Below, piece after piece: positions 61,620 through 64,000 of a DNA stretch of 64,000 nucleotides. Location: positions 266 through 64,265 of the forward strand of contig JAGPLX010000009.1 of NCBI GenBank assembly GCA_018053185.1. Direction: 5' to 3'. Position 1 is the first letter of the stretch, and every line of letters starts with the position of its first letter. Source of the DNA: Syntrophobacteraceae bacterium. Lineage in GTDB: Bacteria; Desulfobacterota; Syntrophobacteria; Syntrophobacterales; Syntrophobacteraceae. The notes below the pieces were generated by a model. The model saw only the letters and a list, made by a program, of their open reading frames with translations, ran no database searches and was not told the origin of the DNA. The position numbers were made by a program, and so were the translations under genes.

Positions 61620-61838
61620 TTACCTGCCAAGTATTTTTTTAAATACCTTATCGCCTGGTATCGTTTTTACTTTACCACTTTTTATTTCTTCAACCCTCTT
61701 TTCTGCTTCCGCTGCCCATAATTCGTCTATTTCTTTCTGGAGGGGATGAATACTTCGGAGAAGTTTATCTATAAGTTGCGCTCTTATCTCGACTGGTAGC
61801 GAAACTGCTTCGTCAAAAAGTTCGTGGGTTTTTATCAT
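61620..61838 (-). CDS. Cassette 4: addiction-module antitoxin (TIGR02574-like)
   Basis: LPVEIRAQLIDKLLRSI......IDELWAAEAEKRVEEIKSGKVKTIPGDKVF matches the recalled addiction module component family. GGAGG precedes the ATG, and the gene lies directly upstream of the toxin. Confidence 0.7.
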   Translation of the reverse strand: MIKTHELFDEAVSLPVEIRAQLIDKLLRSIHPLQKEIDELWAAEAEKRVEEIKSGKVKTIPGDKVFKKILGR

Positions 61839-61923
61839 GTTTACCTCCGCATAAGAGCATAAGATATTAGTTTTAGTTTAGTATACCATGTTTCGCCGAT
61901 TGGAAATGTATCTTTTTTGCCTG

Positions 61924-61988
61924 GCATAACGAGTTGGCGTTAACGCGCGGGCGCGCCAGCGCCCGTCGCGTTCAACGCCTTGTTAGGC
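61924..61988 (-). repeat. attC-like site of cassette 5
   Basis: Plus strand: GCATAAC-gagtt-GGCGTT-AACGCG-CGGGC-loop-GCCCG-T-CGCGTT-C-AACGCC-tt-GTTAGGC. The bulges are T61966 and C61973. Confidence 0.75.
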
Positions 61989-62362
61989 TTCCGCTTGCGG
62001 ATGTATGAGAGCGTTCGGTCCATTTCCTCCAGCAGACGAGTGGTGTTTCCTTGGGGCTGGCTCCATGCTTCGCGCAGACCAGACAGAATTCTGTAGGTCA
62101 CCTCGAAGTACCGAGGAAAGTGCCTGAGTTCGAACGCAACAGCCACTTGTCGGTCCACCCATGTGGCGCCCGACTTCTCATCGGGCACGACGAGTTCCTT
62201 GATGAGGCGATGGTACGCTTCGAACTCACGGGTTTGGCGGTCTTGCCGCCTCCCCAGGAAGAACTGGATGGCAGACCAGATGAAAGTCGTCGATGCGCCC
62301 AGAACTCCCAGGGCGGCCAGATGATTGCCAATCCACTCAAGCATGTGAGCTAGCTCGGCCAT
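61940..62362 (-). CDS. Cassette 5: hypothetical protein with N-terminal TM helix
   Basis: A 140-aa ORF with an SD (GGAGA). The hydrophobic N-terminus reads LAALGVLGASTTFIWSAIQFFLG. The 3' end runs into the attC. No family was recognised. Confidence 0.5.
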   Translation of the reverse strand: MAELAHMLEWIGNHLAALGVLGASTTFIWSAIQFFLGRRQDRQTREFEAYHRLIKELVVPDEKSGATWVDRQVAVAFELRHFPRYFEVTYRILSGLREAWSQPQGNTTRLLEEMDRTLSYIRKRKPNKALNATGAGAPAR

Positions 62363-62395
62363 GTGGTCTCCAATCGTCTCAAGCTGGTTCGGTAA

Positions 62396-62473
62396 GCCTA
62401 ACGCCCAGGTTCAACCGCAGCCCTGACGACGCGAAGCGGCGGCAGGGCCGTCGGGTGGAACCTGTTGTTAGCA
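62396..62473 (-). repeat. attC-like site of cassette 6
   Basis: Plus strand: GCCTAAC-gcc-CAGGTTCAACC-gc-AGCCCTG-[acgacGCGAAGCGgcgg]-CAGGGC-cgtc-GGGTGGAACCTG-tt-GTTAGCA. There is a G62457 mismatch and an unpaired T62451. Confidence 0.7.
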
Positions 62474-62474
62474 C

Positions 62475-63008
62475 TCATTCCAGCGGAATGATGATGTCCG
62501 TGAGCTTCCAGCCAATGCCTCGCCTACGAAGGACAAACTTTCCTTCTCCGCCGTTGTCCCCCTTGACCTTTACAACAAATTTGTCAAGAGACTCGTAGGA
62601 CATCGACGCATCCGACAGCGGCTTGCGCCCTGAGTTACCGGCACTACCGTCACCTTGTTCCGCTCCCGGCCGCGGCTTCTCACCGGCCATTAACTGAGTG
62701 ATCCCTGCCGGAGTGACGTAGGCATCCACCATCTTGTCGACCATCACACCTGCGAAGGCCGCGCCCAACGCTGCAAATGGGTTGTTCTTCATATCCTCAT
62801 CTTCGGCTATTTTCTTCGCGAACATGGCATTCATCTGGTCCTTGAGGCTCTGACGAACGCTAGGAAATTCTATGTGCTCGGAAAGGGCTTCGCCGTCATG
62901 GTTTTCCGCCGCAGATTTCATTCGATAAACGGTGATGTAGGGTGCGGCCAATACGTAGACGGCAAAAAGTCCCGCTGCTACACCTAGAACCACTTTCCCC
63001 TTGCTCAT
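62475..63008 (-). CDS. Cassette 6: DUF2939-like protein (N-terminal anchor)
   Basis: VVLGVAAGLFAVYVLAAPYITVYRMKSAAENHDGEALSEHIEFPSVRQSLKDQM resembles the recalled DUF2939 N-terminal pattern. The stop lies 1 nt from the attC core. Confidence 0.55.
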   Translation of the reverse strand: MSKGKVVLGVAAGLFAVYVLAAPYITVYRMKSAAENHDGEALSEHIEFPSVRQSLKDQMNAMFAKKIAEDEDMKNNPFAALGAAFAGVMVDKMVDAYVTPAGITQLMAGEKPRPGAEQGDGSAGNSGRKPLSDASMSYESLDKFVVKVKGDNGGEGKFVLRRRGIGWKLTDIIIPLE

Positions 63009-63024
63009 GTTTCCCCCTGTTAAG

Positions 63025-63089
63025 TGCTAACGCCGAAATCAGCGGCGGGTGTAAGACGTCCGCTGGATTGTTTCGTTGGGCGGTTAGCT
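63025..63089 (-). repeat. attC-like site of cassette 7 (two overlapping candidate distal cores)
   Basis: Plus strand: TGCTAAC-gcc-GAAA-TCAGCGG-loop-CCGCTGG-attg-TTTC-GTTGGGC(63075-81)-g-GTTAGCT(63083-89). GTTGGGC is the exact complement partner of the cassette start TTGGGC at 63663. Confidence 0.65.
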
Positions 63090-63118
63090 TTGCTACACAT
63101 CAATATGGCATACTTGAT

Positions 63119-63526
63119 CTACTCTTTTTGGATGTCGATACTCATTCCACCCAGGAGCTTCCATTGACCCTTATCTCTAGTCCATGTATGTGTGATCCGC
63201 GATGACTGCGCCTTTATGGTTCCGGAAGCATCTGGGCAATCCACATGCAGAATATATTGGGTCAATACCGTATCTCCGGCCTGCTGCAAACCGACACGTT
63301 TAATCCGTATGGAACATGCCGTAGGCTGAGGAATCAGCCTCTTCATGAACTGTGCACTTTCTTCTCTGCCGATAGGCTTGGGCAGGTTGCCGGGCCATCC
63401 CAGAAACTGCTGGTGTACTAGAGAGAGCACCCCTTCATAGTTGGCTTTGTAAAGATTGGTGAAGTAAGCCTCTTCCAATTTCCATATCTCTTCCTCCACG
63501 GTGTTCCCCCAATTTTGTACGCCCAT
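63119..63526 (-). CDS. Cassette 7: SnoaL-like/DUF4440 (NTF2-fold) protein
   Basis: EEEIWKLEEAYFTNLYKANYEGVLSLVHQQFLGWPG...THTWTRDKGQWKLLGGMS is the typical NTF2-like/DUF4440 pattern. The start may instead be GTG 63499, which follows GGGGGA. Confidence 0.55.
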   Translation of the reverse strand: MGVQNWGNTVEEEIWKLEEAYFTNLYKANYEGVLSLVHQQFLGWPGNLPKPIGREESAQFMKRLIPQPTACSIRIKRVGLQQAGDTVLTQYILHVDCPDASGTIKAQSSRITHTWTRDKGQWKLLGGMSIDIQKE

Positions 63527-63538
63527 TGCAAGGGATGG

Positions 63539-63640
63539 CTAACACAACCCGAAAATAAGGGCCAGAACTACAAGTGATCCTGATATCCCTGCGACAGGCG
63601 AAGTGAGATTCATCTTCATTGCGATTTGCCAAGTAGCCAT
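63539..63640 (-). CDS. Cassette 7 (leader position): 33-aa hydrophobic micro-ORF
   Basis: ATG 63640 lies 4 nt after AGGAGA. The peptide is MATWQIAMKMNLTSPVAGISGSLVVLALIFGLC, a single TM-like helix. Support comes only from the SD and its position, so this is tentative. Confidence 0.3.
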   Translation of the reverse strand: MATWQIAMKMNLTSPVAGISGSLVVLALIFGLC

Positions 63641-63657
63641 TCTGTCTCCTAATAATT

Positions 63658-63735
63658 GCCCAACGACCTGCGCTTCAGCCGCACGCGGAGCGAGCGAAGC
63701 GAGCGGAGCGTGTCGGCTGGATGCGCGTGTTAGGC
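63658..63735 (-). repeat. attC-like site of cassette 8
   Basis: Plus strand: GCCCAAC-gacct-GCGC-tt-CAGCCG-CAC-GC-[loop with GCGAAGCG]-GC-GTG-T-CGGCTG-gat-GCGC-gt-GTTAGGC. The bulged base is T63713. Confidence 0.7.
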
Positions 63736-63767
63736 GCAACCCAGCTCTATTAACCGCCATACTGCTT

Positions 63768-64000
63768 TTACAACTCATCGTCCCCTTCAAAGCGATTCTC
63801 AAGGCCGGGCAGATTTCCCCAGCCGAGTTCCCAAGTGTTGACGTCCTTATTCCTGTTATCAATTACACGTGATTTTACAACCTTTCCCTTCTCGATCTTC
63901 ACGTGAATTTCTTGTTCATAGACAGAGCCAAAGCCCATATGTACGTAGTGTAGAACTTCTCCCTGGGGTATTTGGATAACACCAGTGAACCAGTCGGCAG
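63768..64000 (-). CDS. Cassette 8: hypothetical protein, 5' end beyond the window
   Basis: The minus frame is open from the window edge to TAA at 63770-63768. It reads ...ADWFTGVIQIPQGEVLHYVHMGFGSVYEQEIHVKIEKGKVVKSRVIDNRNKDVNTWELGWGNLPGLENRFEGDDEL. The stop lies 33 nt before the attC. It is not in the supplied track because no start codon is in the window. Confidence 0.45.
   Translation of the reverse strand, partial: ADWFTGVIQIPQGEVLHYVHMGFGSVYEQEIHVKIEKGKVVKSRVIDNRNKDVNTWELGWGNLPGLENRFEGDDEL

Larger units (their letters stand above)
58420..64000 (-). mobile_element. Integron-type gene cassette array (>=8 cassettes, minus-strand orientation), running off the right window edge; no integrase or attI in the window (could be a CALIN)
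   Basis: Eight attC-like imperfect palindromes are bounded by RYYYAAC...GTTRRRY cores. Each separates a short, SD-preceded, mostly promoter-less minus-strand ORF from the next. The cassette start hexamer is the complement of the cassette's own distal core in 7 of 7 complete cassettes: 6 are perfect and 1 matches 5/6. Confidence 0.75.

Noticed and set aside
63537-63543. GGCTAAC as the true proximal boundary of cassette 7.
   Set aside because: It is not fully excluded. It matches the alternative distal core only 5/6 and would leave a 121-bp attC-less fragment. The GCCCAAC (63658) / GTTGGGC (63075) pairing is 6/6 and accounts for all the sequence.
58420-63735. The possibility that the repeated hairpins form a CRISPR array.
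   Set aside because: The repeats differ in sequence and length (57-183 bp) and are internally palindromic. They are 470-1,170 bp apart with protein-coding genes between them, so they are not short identical direct repeats with spacers.
57110-64000. An integron integrase or other tyrosine recombinase within the window.
   Set aside because: No ORF in or beside the array has recombinase features (the RHRY tetrad context). The left flank is DUF374 and aroK. Given the cassette orientation, any integrase must lie beyond position 64,000.

Overview
This is a 64-kb chromosomal window from a high-GC bacterium. Gene content suggests an anaerobic Desulfobacterota/deltaproteobacterial-type lineage, but that is inference only; the pointers are a PxxKW Cys-rich protein, DUF1015, EtfAB, a 2-oxoacid:ferredoxin oxidoreductase, AmmeMemoRadiSam protein B and type IV pilus genes.

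Positions 1-58,400 are ordinary core genome:
- Translation and RNA genes: ileS-lspA, cysS, efp-epmA, mnmG, RNase P RNA and four tRNAs (Leu-TAG, Val-TAC, Asp-GTC, Cys-GCA).
- Chaperones and proteases: groES-groEL with a textbook CIRCE operator, and tig-clpP-clpX-lon.
- Pilus and secretion genes: a pilB-pilC-sensor kinase block, a lone PilP-like gene and a lone GspG-like pseudopilin.
- Metabolism: porAB-like oxidoreductase, a fabH/SDR cluster, etfBA, eno, acs, ispDF and aroK.
- Conserved hypotheticals, plus many long antisense ORFs in the six-frame track that are GC artefacts.

Positions 58,420-64,000 are different. At least eight short, promoter-less minus-strand gene cassettes are each followed by an imperfect palindromic site bounded by RYYYAAC...GTTRRRY cores. 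The first six bases of nearly every cassette are the exact complement of that cassette's own distal core, as expected for G|TT integron-type recombination.

I read this as an integron cassette array, or a CALIN if no integrase follows. It is oriented on the minus strand, ends next to aroK, and runs off the right edge of the window. No integrase, attI or Pc lies inside the window.

The cassettes carry a zinc-ribbon/DUF4234 membrane protein, a split YeeE/YedE pair, a DUF2703-like protein, a ParE/RelE toxin-antitoxin pair, and several unknowns. One attC site is interrupted by a 129-bp element with 12-bp perfect terminal inverted repeats.

All calls come from reading the sequence and from recalled family signatures. 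No searches or folding programs were run.
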